Virus record (IMG/VR): IMGVR_UViG_3300031867_000012
DNA length: 64,000 bases
From: an uncultured virus (IMG/VR IMGVR_UViG_3300031867_000012)
Taxonomy: Duplodnaviria; Heunggongvirae; Uroviricota; Caudoviricetes
Direction: 5' to 3' (one strand)
The stretch's first letter is position 1; every line of letters begins with the position of its first letter. Below the pieces are notes generated by a model that was given only the letters and a program-made list of their open reading frames with translations, searched no databases and was not told the DNA's origin. Both the position numbers and the translations under genes were made by a program. Of the stretch, positions 1 through 9,500 are shown one piece after another.

Positions 1-200
1 TAAAAATTTTGTTTTTTTAATTTTAATGTTAAATTAATTAAATAAAACCATGAAAATAAAATAAATGTACAATTTATTATATCTTTTTTATTAAGATTAT
101 CAAATAATTTGTTATTATATTTTTCATAAATTATTATATCATAAACAAGTAATCCTAAAATACTCCCAATTACATAAAATGATATAATGAGCATCCACAT
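1..200 (-). CDS. small putative membrane protein, about 66 aa (not in ORF track; stop at or just beyond the window edge)
   Basis: Manual translation from ATG at 200: MWMLIISFYVIGSILGLLVYDIIIYEKY...CTFILFSWFYLINLTLKLKKQNF. Open to position 1, two hydrophobic stretches, starts 1 nt after the stop of the upstream ORF. Confidence 0.6.
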   Translation of the reverse strand, partial: MWMLIISFYVIGSILGLLVYDIIIYEKYNNKLFDNLNKKDIINCTFILFSWFYLINLTLKLKKQNF

Positions 201-201
201 A

Positions 202-630
202 TTATTGTAAATATTTTGATAAATTTCTATTTACCAATGTTACATTCAATACTCTTAAATATTTATGATATTGTTCTTTATCTAAAATATAATGACAATT
301 TTTAAGATCAACACTAATATGATTATTAAATGTCTTTACACCATTTTCTTTTTTCTTTTTTAAATAATCTAATGAATAAGTAACATCTTTATGAATACGA
401 TAAAACTCTTCATATTGATTATCTTTTAATTGTAAAAATCTATATATTGGTGTAAAATTCATATTATCATACATCATTATTGAATCATTAAAATTCTTGA
501 ATTTACTATTATTTAAATCAATTAAACGTACAATTGCTTCATGGTTAATTTTAAAATCATTTGTTGGTGCTGCAACTACACTAAATACATTTGTTAAAAC
601 TACGGTTAAAATAATTAAAAATTTCTTCAT
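202..630 (-). CDS. hypothetical secreted protein with signal peptide
   Basis: N-terminus MKKFLIILTVVLTNVFSVVA-A resembles a Sec signal peptide. Confidence 0.7.
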   Translation of the reverse strand: MKKFLIILTVVLTNVFSVVAAPTNDFKINHEAIVRLIDLNNSKFKNFNDSIMMYDNMNFTPIYRFLQLKDNQYEEFYRIHKDVTYSLDYLKKKKENGVKTFNNHISVDLKNCHYILDKEQYHKYLRVLNVTLVNRNLSKYLQ

Positions 631-798
631 CGTTTTAATATTATATATTTATTTTTTAAAAAGGTGGTACATTTAACTGTACCATTACAATTATAAAATA
701 ATCATTTTAATGAGTGGTATTTAAAAAATTAATAAAAAGAAGTGTAAAATAAACACTTATTTGATGTAAGTCAATTTAATTGATCTAGATTAACTCAA

Positions 799-830
799 TA
801 AAAAATCCTCTACAATTTAATGTAGAGGAT
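799..830 (-). terminator. intrinsic terminator after ORF 854..1600
   Basis: Perfect 10-bp stem ATCCTCTACA/TGTAGAGGAT (805-830) followed on the minus strand by a T-run. Confidence 0.8.
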
Positions 831-853
831 ATAAAATTCATATAAAAATATTC

Positions 854-1600
854 TTATTTATTAAGATATTTCAATGGATTTTTAAGAATATTTTCAATAT
901 CTTTGTATTCTTTCTGACCTTTGATTTCTTCAGCACATCCAAATTTTAATGTTTCTTTAATGAATGCAATCAAATCGGTATCTTTAACAAATTGCCCCAT
1001 ACCTTTAAGGAATGCAATTCGATCTTCATTAGATTCAGGACCAGTCAAATCAAAACTTCCAAGGCACCCATAATTCATTCGAAGTTCATATTCTTTATCA
1101 TAAGAACTATCAGAAAATCTATATTTTCTATCAAAAGAAAGGTCAAAATCATGACCAAATTTAAAGGTATGTCCCTGGCGTTCCTCATCATTATTTTCAA
1201 TTCCGATTTCCATTGAAGCACTGTCATAATTGAAATTACAAGTACAAGTCCAATTTTGGCCAAGAACATTCTTAATAGTTTCATTAAGAGAATTACGAAT
1301 ATCTGTAATTCTAGTTTTACGATTTTCAATAATTTCCTTGAGCTTATTTTCGTAATTTATCTTCTCTTCTAAATGTTCTGCCCAGTAATTTTCGGTACTA
1401 ATTCGAATATATCTCTGATCTAGTGCCATCTCTACAGAATTAATCTTATCTTTAAGGTCTTGTACAGAAAACTCCTTAGACATATAATTAATATCTTTAT
1501 TTGATGGAATTTCTGGACAAGGATGAGTAGAATCTTCAAGAATATCAAACTTATGTTTCAATGAAAAATACTGATGAATAAGATTAGCTTTCTGTCCCAT
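854..1600 (-). CDS. hypothetical protein
   Basis: 248-aa ORF bracketed by its own promoter motif and terminator. Confidence 0.8.
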   Translation of the reverse strand: MGQKANLIHQYFSLKHKFDILEDSTHPCPEIPSNKDINYMSKEFSVQDLKDKINSVEMALDQRYIRISTENYWAEHLEEKINYENKLKEIIENRKTRITDIRNSLNETIKNVLGQNWTCTCNFNYDSASMEIGIENNDEERQGHTFKFGHDFDLSFDRKYRFSDSSYDKEYELRMNYGCLGSFDLTGPESNEDRIAFLKGMGQFVKDTDLIAFIKETLKFGCAEEIKGQKEYKDIENILKNPLKYLNK

Positions 1601-1618
1601 ATTTAATTATTTTTTTAA

Positions 1619-1656
1619 TTACATAATAAATATAGTCAATTAAATAAAAAATTCAA
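1619..1656 (-). promoter_or_regulatory. phage promoter motif, copy 1
   Basis: TTGAAT-N15-CTATATTT-ATTA-TGTAA just upstream of the ATG at 1600. Confidence 0.75.
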
Positions 1657-1658
1657 TA

Positions 1659-1976
1659 TTATATTAAATTTTCATCTAAATCATATGAAGTTAATTTATA
1701 GTAATAACACCATTTACCTACCCATAATTCAAATTCATTTTCTGTATCAGCATAAATTTGATAATTTTCAGGATGAGATTTAATCCATTCACCATTAGTT
1801 TTTATAAGACGATCATATGCATCTTTTTGTTTCCTAACATATTCATCAAATTTTTCTTTAGCTTTCTTTGGATCTAATGATATATATGCTGGTTCATTGC
1901 CACCAGTTTGTATACCACCTTCTATATCATCAAATTCATAAGCTTTATAAAGTACTACAAATATTTTCCTTTTCAT
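1659..1976 (-). CDS. hypothetical protein
   Basis: 105-aa ORF in a tightly packed operon. Confidence 0.75.
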   Translation of the reverse strand: MKRKIFVVLYKAYEFDDIEGGIQTGGNEPAYISLDPKKAKEKFDEYVRKQKDAYDRLIKTNGEWIKSHPENYQIYADTENEFELWVGKWCYYYKLTSYDLDENLI

Positions 1977-1977
1977 A

Positions 1978-2313
1978 TTAAAACTTATATTCTGTATATA
2001 TTTCTATTCCATAAGTATTCTCCATTTTATACCACTTATCAGGAATTTTTATTTCCAAATCAACCATAAATACATCACAAAGATTATATTCATCTCTACG
2101 GAAATAAACGAATCCTAAAAGTTTTTCATTTATAATATATTCATCTATATAATTATCTGAAGGAAAACTACCACGTTCATTTGTTGTCATTCTATGGATT
2201 ATCTTAGGACCTAATGAATGACGCATTTTATATTTATCTATAAAATAATCTTTATATTTTTCATGATAATCACTTTGTTCTTCTAATTGAATTGTATATG
2301 TTTTTTCAATCAT
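1978..2313 (-). CDS. hypothetical protein
   Basis: 111-aa ORF in a tightly packed operon. Confidence 0.75.
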   Translation of the reverse strand: MIEKTYTIQLEEQSDYHEKYKDYFIDKYKMRHSLGPKIIHRMTTNERGSFPSDNYIDEYIINEKLLGFVYFRRDEYNLCDVFMVDLEIKIPDKWYKMENTYGIEIYTEYKF

Positions 2314-2329
2314 AATTTTATATTAAATT

Positions 2330-2749
2330 TTACTTTGCTTTTCTAATCATTGTAGGTAATAATTCATTTGTTCTAATAAATCCAAATTTAGAATAAAACA
2401 TTTCTAAATCAGATATTGTCTTAAGTGTATCTGTATTTTCTTCTCTTTTACAAGGACTACATAATAAAAGAATATTATAATACTTAAATTTTTTTATTAA
2501 AAAGTTCATAAGTTTAGTAGCATATCCTTTTCCAACATAATTTGGATAGGTTTCAACTCTAATAATTTTTGCAAATCTATTCCCTTTACAATATTCTTTA
2601 TACCTAGGATATTCATCATTATTAATTTCAATAATAATTTTACTAACTAATGTAGCTTTATCATCAATTAATTGAATATAATATGTTCCTTCATTAGCTA
2701 GAAAAAATCCTTTATCAATATTCCAAAATTGAATTTTCATATTATTCAA
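2330..2749 (-). CDS. GNAT-family acetyltransferase
   Basis: Motif A RVETYPNYVGKGYATKLM and C-terminal LEMFYSKFGF. Confidence 0.85.
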   Translation of the reverse strand: MNNMKIQFWNIDKGFFLANEGTYYIQLIDDKATLVSKIIIEINNDEYPRYKEYCKGNRFAKIIRVETYPNYVGKGYATKLMNFLIKKFKYYNILLLCSPCKREENTDTLKTISDLEMFYSKFGFIRTNELLPTMIRKAK

Positions 2750-3599
2750 TAACTTTTATAAATGACCTTGAAAAAATAGCTTTAATATGAGTATACTGGT
2801 CAAGTTCAATATCAATATCTTCTTTAATACATTTATCAAGAAATGGTACTCTAAACCTTTCAAAATAATTCAAATCATATTTATAATAAGCAGGAGTATG
2901 TTTCATATTCTCTAAAATATCCTGATAGTTAATTGGAAAATAATTCTCATTGCATTCACGTTCCCAATTTACCTTCCAACGATATTTCAAAAGGAAATGA
3001 TACATATTCCTCTCATACCAAAGCGAACCAAACTTCTCCTCAAAGGTCTTTATCTGGTAATCATATCCAGAACCATGATTATAAATCAACTTGTCATGTA
3101 ACTCATGTGAGATCTCTTTATCATTTGTTAGAGTATTAGAAGGGCACATATCTCTAATGACAATATAATCAAATGTAGAATTAGTTACCTGATCCCAAAA
3201 CTCCTTTATAGATTCCTCAGTACCATAAGAATAAACTTCATGAATAACGGAAGAAAGAATTAATACTGTTTTTTGGGGCTGTCCTAATACTCCTGGAAAA
3301 ATACTGCGCCAATCTGAATAAAAACGTACAGCTGCTTTTGATGGGCCATGATAATTTGAACGAGCCAAATTAATCATTGTTTCTGAAATGTCATACCCAA
3401 TAAAGAAATCTTTCTCAATATTGCAAATAGAAGTAAGAGCGTTAATCATTGCTCCATCTGCACAACCAAAATCTACAAAACAATAGCCTGTCTCTGATTT
3501 GGGAAGTTTATTCAAGAAAAATAATTTGTCCTCCATACCTTTGCTCATCTCCAAATTGTAAGAACCCAAATTCTTAAAGTCTTTTCCAATTTCACACAT
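2742..3599 (-). CDS. class I SAM-dependent methyltransferase
   Basis: Motif I FVDFGCADG, acidic motif II IGYDIS, and LSSVIHEV. Confidence 0.8.
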   Translation of the reverse strand: MCEIGKDFKNLGSYNLEMSKGMEDKLFFLNKLPKSETGYCFVDFGCADGAMINALTSICNIEKDFFIGYDISETMINLARSNYHGPSKAAVRFYSDWRSIFPGVLGQPQKTVLILSSVIHEVYSYGTEESIKEFWDQVTNSTFDYIVIRDMCPSNTLTNDKEISHELHDKLIYNHGSGYDYQIKTFEEKFGSLWYERNMYHFLLKYRWKVNWERECNENYFPINYQDILENMKHTPAYYKYDLNYFERFRVPFLDKCIKEDIDIELDQYTHIKAIFSRSFIKVIE

Positions 3600-3614
3600 A
3601 TGATAATATTTTTG

Positions 3615-3664
3615 TTACATCTATAAAATAGAAAAACCTTCAGAAAATTCAATTCTGAAGGTTT
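3615..3664 (-). promoter_or_regulatory. fused terminator hairpin and promoter (motif copy 2)
   Basis: 12-bp inverted repeat 3634-3645/3653-3664 with loop TTGAATT on the minus strand, then TT-CTATTTTA-TAGA-TGTAA. Confidence 0.8.
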
Positions 3665-3669
3665 ATTTT

Positions 3670-5370
3670 TTAGAATAACATTTCATATTTAGATGCTAAC
3701 ACTAAAACTGGTTCTTTTTTCTCAATAATCTTTTTTGTTTCAAGTTTAACACGAATTTTATGAGAGAAATAATCATCTGGCATTTCTGCATGATTTACAA
3801 CAAATATTGTTCGGTTATTATTATTTGTCAAATTATCATTCAATAAAGTCAACATTGTATTTCTCGAATCACTATCCATATTTGAGAAAAGTTCATCTAA
3901 GAAGAAAATATTAAAATCTACATTAGCAATTACATTAGCAATAATACCAAATATAATCCCAATATCTAATGTCTTCTTTTGACCAGTTGATAAATCCGAA
4001 TAACTTATCTCATTATCATCAAACCAAATATGAGGTTTGAATTCTTGATCATATTCTACATTATATGGTTGATTGAGCTTATTCATATAATACTTAATTG
4101 ACTTATTAATATGAGGAATAAGAGTATCTAATAATGAATAACGAAGAGTCTTGCTAAATAACTCATTCATATCATTCCATTCCCCAATATCTTTATCGGA
4201 TTCTCTAATCTTAACTTCTATCTCTTCAATTTTATTTTCTAATTCAGTAATAAGTTCATCATAATTATCATTCAATAATTGTACTGAATCATTATATGAT
4301 TTAATTTGGGCATCAATTGAACTTATCTTATTTCTAAGTTCATCCATTTTAATATCATATTCATTAATCTTAGAATTATATTCTTTTATTAATTCTTGTT
4401 TTTTTGTTTCATACTCTTTCTTTTTTCCCTCATACTCACGATATATAGAAGCATGCTGGTTCATTGTATCTTTATAAGTATTAATATCATTAGGGTCAAT
4501 ATCGTGGCCACATGTAGGGCATTTACCTGACTTGAATGTATTATAATTATCTTTAGCTTGCTTACCTAATGTAGCGGCTTCAACCATTTTATGTTGACAT
4601 TCTTTAATTAATCCATCGACCTCTTTAACCTTTTCTTCTTTTTCTTTATTTTTTTCTAATTTATTATTCTTATACAGAATTCCAGTATTTATAAGTTGTT
4701 GACGTTTCTCGTTAATTTGGTCAATATCAATAGAAGATTTAAGTTGAGATGTTTGTATTAATCTTTTATTTTTTAGGTTTTCTATTTGGTTTCTTGTCTC
4801 ATTAAGAATAGTATTCAATTGGGTATTTTCTGTTATTTGATATTTACGTTCTATAATAATTTGATCATTATATTCAGTAAAAGTCTTGAACCCAAAAATA
4901 TCATCTAAGAATTGTCGTGTTTCTCCAGGATTCATATTTGCTAAACTATTCTTGAATGCATTAAAAGATATAATACACATCTTTTCAACTGCTAATCTTG
5001 GTACATCATAATATTCTTCTTCTAAAATTTCTTGTGTATCTCTTTTATTAGAAGCGGATAATAATTTTCCATCTATTTTTACTTCTAATGGTGCTGTAAG
5101 ACTTCTTTTTATATTGATTTCTTTATTCTTAGAAATAATATTCAATTCAACTGAACATTCACTATTCTTTACATGCCAAGAAACTAATGAAGGATTCTTA
5201 TGCTCTTTTACTTTACCATAAAGACCATATAGAATAGATTCACCAATAGTTGTCTTGCCGGCTCCAATAACCCCAGATAGCTTAATTAAACCTTGTAAAT
5301 CATTAAAATCTAAATATAATTCTCCATAAATACTTCTAAAATTTCTAATTGTTATATCTTTAATTTTCAT
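3670..5370 (-). CDS. SbcC/Rad50-like recombination nuclease ATPase subunit (T4 gp46-like)
   Basis: Walker A GVIGAGKTT, coiled coils, zinc hook CPTCG, signature LSTGQ, Walker B FFLDE, H-loop VNH. Confidence 0.93.
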   Translation of the reverse strand: MKIKDITIRNFRSIYGELYLDFNDLQGLIKLSGVIGAGKTTIGESILYGLYGKVKEHKNPSLVSWHVKNSECSVELNIISKNKEINIKRSLTAPLEVKIDGKLLSASNKRDTQEILEEEYYDVPRLAVEKMCIISFNAFKNSLANMNPGETRQFLDDIFGFKTFTEYNDQIIIERKYQITENTQLNTILNETRNQIENLKNKRLIQTSQLKSSIDIDQINEKRQQLINTGILYKNNKLEKNKEKEEKVKEVDGLIKECQHKMVEAATLGKQAKDNYNTFKSGKCPTCGHDIDPNDINTYKDTMNQHASIYREYEGKKKEYETKKQELIKEYNSKINEYDIKMDELRNKISSIDAQIKSYNDSVQLLNDNYDELITELENKIEEIEVKIRESDKDIGEWNDMNELFSKTLRYSLLDTLIPHINKSIKYYMNKLNQPYNVEYDQEFKPHIWFDDNEISYSDLSTGQKKTLDIGIIFGIIANVIANVDFNIFFLDELFSNMDSDSRNTMLTLLNDNLTNNNNRTIFVVNHAEMPDDYFSHKIRVKLETKKIIEKKEPVLVLASKYEMLF

Positions 5371-6401
5371 TATTGTTCTATCTCTTTTTTATTTTGAATC
5401 TTATCTTTAACTATTTCATATTTATCGGTTAAATGCTCAGGGATATTTTCATTAATATATTTATCAATATTAGCATTGAAATAACTTAATTCTAATGTTT
5501 CTCCTAATGAATTATCTATAATTTGAATCCTTAAATTATATTGTGCATAATTTGATTTTATTTCTTTGATACGTTCAATATATTTTAGTTGATTAATATT
5601 AGTTTTGAATATACAAATTTGAACATAAGCATTATCAAAATCTTCTTCTGTTAAATTAAATATTTCATCATTGAAAAACCTTTTAAATCTTGGCGATACT
5701 TTATTTTCAATTTTTTCTACCAATTCATTATCATCTATTAAATACATATGTTTAGTTGTATTAACATCAGAAAAATTAAAAGAAAACATTGAACCTACTT
5801 GAATAAGATTTGGGTTATCAAATGTTCTTGCTGTATGAATATGACCAGACCAAACTTTTGCATCACTAAATAATGATGTTCTTGAATAATCCCATTTCAT
5901 CAAATCATCATGACAAAAAATATTCTTTAATTCTTTTACATTAATTGAATATAATAAATCAGAAAAATGTTGAAAATTCTCAGTATAATACCAAGGAAGA
6001 TAAAGATTACCATGATTATCATAATAAGGCTCATTATTAATAATTCTAACATTTTGGTGTGCTTGAACAAATTCTTCACCAAATATCAATTCATAAGAAT
6101 TATATTTATGAAATTCTTCTAATGGGCTATAATAATCATGATTACCCGCAATAAAAAAGAATTCAATTTTAGGATATTTATTTAATAATTCTCTAATAAG
6201 ATTTTTTAATTCTATACCGACTTGTTGATTTATAGAATAACGTATATCTGTTAAATCTCCTAAAAATACAACTCTATCAATTTCTCTATTATCCAAAACT
6301 TCTATAAATTGTGTATTAAAAAAATTTAATTGATTTTCTAACCAAACTATTGAATTAGAACTTGTTCCAAAATGACAATCTCCAATTAAAAGTTGTTTCA
6401 T
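5370..6401 (-). CDS. SbcD/Mre11-like recombination nuclease subunit (T4 gp47-like)
   Basis: Phosphoesterase motifs GDCH, LGD, GNHD, SGHIH; stop overlaps the start of the gp46-like gene. Confidence 0.92.
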   Translation of the reverse strand: MKQLLIGDCHFGTSSNSIVWLENQLNFFNTQFIEVLDNREIDRVVFLGDLTDIRYSINQQVGIELKNLIRELLNKYPKIEFFFIAGNHDYYSPLEEFHKYNSYELIFGEEFVQAHQNVRIINNEPYYDNHGNLYLPWYYTENFQHFSDLLYSINVKELKNIFCHDDLMKWDYSRTSLFSDAKVWSGHIHTARTFDNPNLIQVGSMFSFNFSDVNTTKHMYLIDDNELVEKIENKVSPRFKRFFNDEIFNLTEEDFDNAYVQICIFKTNINQLKYIERIKEIKSNYAQYNLRIQIIDNSLGETLELSYFNANIDKYINENIPEHLTDKYEIVKDKIQNKKEIEQ

Positions 6402-6460
6402 TAATTACATATATATATTTAGTTATAATAATATAAAATAGTTAAATAAATGTTAATTTT

Positions 6461-6493
6461 AAAATAAAAGGTAACCATTCAGATGGTTACCTT
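6461..6493 (-). terminator. intrinsic terminator closing the structural block
   Basis: 11-bp stem AAGGTAACCAT/ATGGTTACCTT (6468-6493), 4-nt loop, T-rich tail on the minus strand. Confidence 0.8.
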
Positions 6494-6518
6494 GATATTT
6501 ATTAAAGAAGTATTTTAA

Positions 6519-9500
6519 TCATTCACCAGAATTATTTTGAGATGGTTGTATATTGAAATTAAATGCAATTTCTCGAAGAGTATTAACATGATAATCATCT
6601 CCTTTTAATATAACTGATATTTTACATCTTCTTGTTGACCCATCACATAAGTCTTCATGAATATTAATATTTCCAATATTATTACTAAATGATAGTCCTA
6701 TTTGATCTGTTTGTTCTTGTTCTTGTTCTTCTCCTTCTCCTGTCGAAATATTATATGATAGACATGATATATCATCTAATGTTTTTCCTGAAGGTATTGT
6801 TAAAGTTGGTAAATTATTTATTGATTCTATAGGATCATCTAGTACATTATTCCAATGAAAATCATCAAGAGAATATTCTTGTTTATTTACAATTAATGTA
6901 CAATAATAATCACGATTTGCATATTGATTACCATTACTTGATCTTCCCTTTACTGAAATCTTTATATCATGTTGACCAGAACTATTACAATGATATTTTA
7001 TGTACATATATGGATCATCAGGGTTACCAAATTGGTGTGGTTCATCATCTCTTGTAATTTCTGTTGTATTTGAAGATACTATTATATCATTATTATTAAT
7101 ATCATCATATATTTTATTGTGATCATAATAAACATAGAAAGTAGCATTAGCGGTACCATTCACCTCATTTATTGATATTGTTGCTAGCTGAGTACAATTA
7201 CTATTTGTAGGATTAGTATATGAACCATCAATAAATAGAGCTGAATCTTCTAAATTTATTATATTAGCAGAAGAATTAAATAAACCAAATTTAATATTAT
7301 ATTTTAATGGTATATACGTTCCACTATCATTTATATATACTTTATAAGTTAAATATTTAGATCCATTAGGACTTAAATCATTTAAAGTATTTAAAATATT
7401 GTGGTATACATCATTATTTTCACTTCCACCATTAAATTGCATAGGAGGATCATCACTATTATCTAATTTAAAATATGGAGTAAAACTAGTATCATTATTT
7501 TGATAAGTTACATTTGCTGGTTCTAATATATAATCACTAAAAATAGGACCATTACTACTATTAGTATTAATTACTATATTTATTTGTTCGGTATAATGAT
7601 CACTATTCCCATTATATGTTTTTGATATACCTTCCCAATTTAAATGATAATAAGAAATTTCATAATTTAAGAATAAATCAGATATTATTGTATTATTTAA
7701 TGTCCAATCATCAAATATTAACTTATGTAAATAATGATTAACACTATCATTATCATTTTTTAAATTTTCTAAATAAATTTTATTAAATAAATTATTATCT
7801 TCATAACCATTTATTGAAAATTCAAATATTTTATTTAATATCTTATTTTTTAAATTATATAATTTATTTTCTAAATTTCCACTATAATAAATTATAATAG
7901 ATTTAGTATCATTATTATCTTTTATATAAATATCATTATTTTCATTATTTAAATTACTTTTTAATTCAAATAATATATTATTTAATCTAATTTGATATCC
8001 AGTTGATGTTGTTTGTTCTCCTCCATTAATAAGTGTTGGAGAATATTGATTATATTGATCTAAATCATTATTAGGATTATTTAAATATTGATATTTAAAA
8101 TTAGTATTATATTTAATTCCAAAATTCGCATTTGTATATTCATCATTATCATTAATTAATAATTTGAATTTTAAAGTATCTGTACCAAGTGAACCATCAT
8201 CAAATTTTAAAGATAAACCACTTAAGTCTAAATCATTAACCACAATATCATTTGATTGGTTATTTAGTTTGTGTTTTAACATATTTTGTTTAAAAGTTGT
8301 AATAGCTTCATCTTCTAAAGATTCATTAGTTACAGAGATAATATCATATAATAATTGTGAATTATTTGATATTGTATATAATTGTTTTGATAAATAATTA
8401 TTGCTATTATTTGATTGAGAAATATCTCCACCATTACAACTATAATCATTTTCTATATAACAATATTTATTTTCATTAGCTTTTATTGAAAATCCTATAT
8501 ATAATAGTTTTGGCAAATATTCACTTGAATATGTAATAATTAAATTATTACTATCTATTGTAAGTATAGGATCAATGCCATTACTATTGTCTATACTACC
8601 AAGAATATTATTAGTATTAGAATCTTTATTAAATTTAATAGTTTCATGATGAATATATGACCCATTATTTGTATTAATATAAAAATATAAATGCATCAAT
8701 AATGATTCATCAACATTAGATAATATTTTTTGTATACAATTTGGTACATTAAATTTAATTCCTTTTATTTTATTATTACTAAACCCTTTAATAATATAAT
8801 TATCCATTTGATAATATTCTGGAGAATTATAATCGTTATCTATATTTGTTTTATTAAGCTTAGTTCCCACCCAATGATTATTATCATCTAAATAACCTAA
8901 TTCTAAATTTTCTATCAATATTTCTAACATATTAATATTAAGTTCAACCTTTTGAGATTTAATAATTGATGATTGTCCTTGTTGTTGGTTATAATTAATA
9001 TTAAATGTAAATCCATTATATAATATATTAATAATATTATCAATAATATTATTATTAAATTTTATATTTATTTTTTTATGAACTTGATCATCTGTATTAA
9101 TACTAATATTTACATCGTTTGTATTAGAACTAAATGAAATTTGGTTAGAATCTTCTATTTTTGAAGATTTTTTGTTCTCTGTATTATATGTATCAAAACT
9201 GATAAATGGTATATATAAATTAAATTCTTGATCTATATTTACATCATTATAAATACAATATAAATTTCTAGGATTTATTGTATTAATATCTAAATTATCT
9301 ATACTATTTACATATATTCTTTCTGTATTATTTGCACGTTTTTCATAATATATATGTTTTGCAAAAGTATTATTATTATAATTACTTATTTCATTTCCAG
9401 TAATTAAAATATATCCATATATTGTTCGTTTATCAATATTTAAAGGAATTTGTATTTTTTTATAATAGCTTCCTATTTCTTGTTTTTTATCTGTGATTAT

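Noticed and set aside
631..800. Small inverted repeats (TGGTAC..GTACCA, AAGTG..CACTT) as a structured ncRNA or riboswitch
   Set aside because: Stems of only 5-6 bp in very AT-rich DNA with no recognisable family motif
3670..6401. ATPase plus nuclease pair as a novel defence system
   Set aside because: Zinc hook and Mre11 motifs identify the ordinary gp46/gp47 (SbcCD) recombination nuclease
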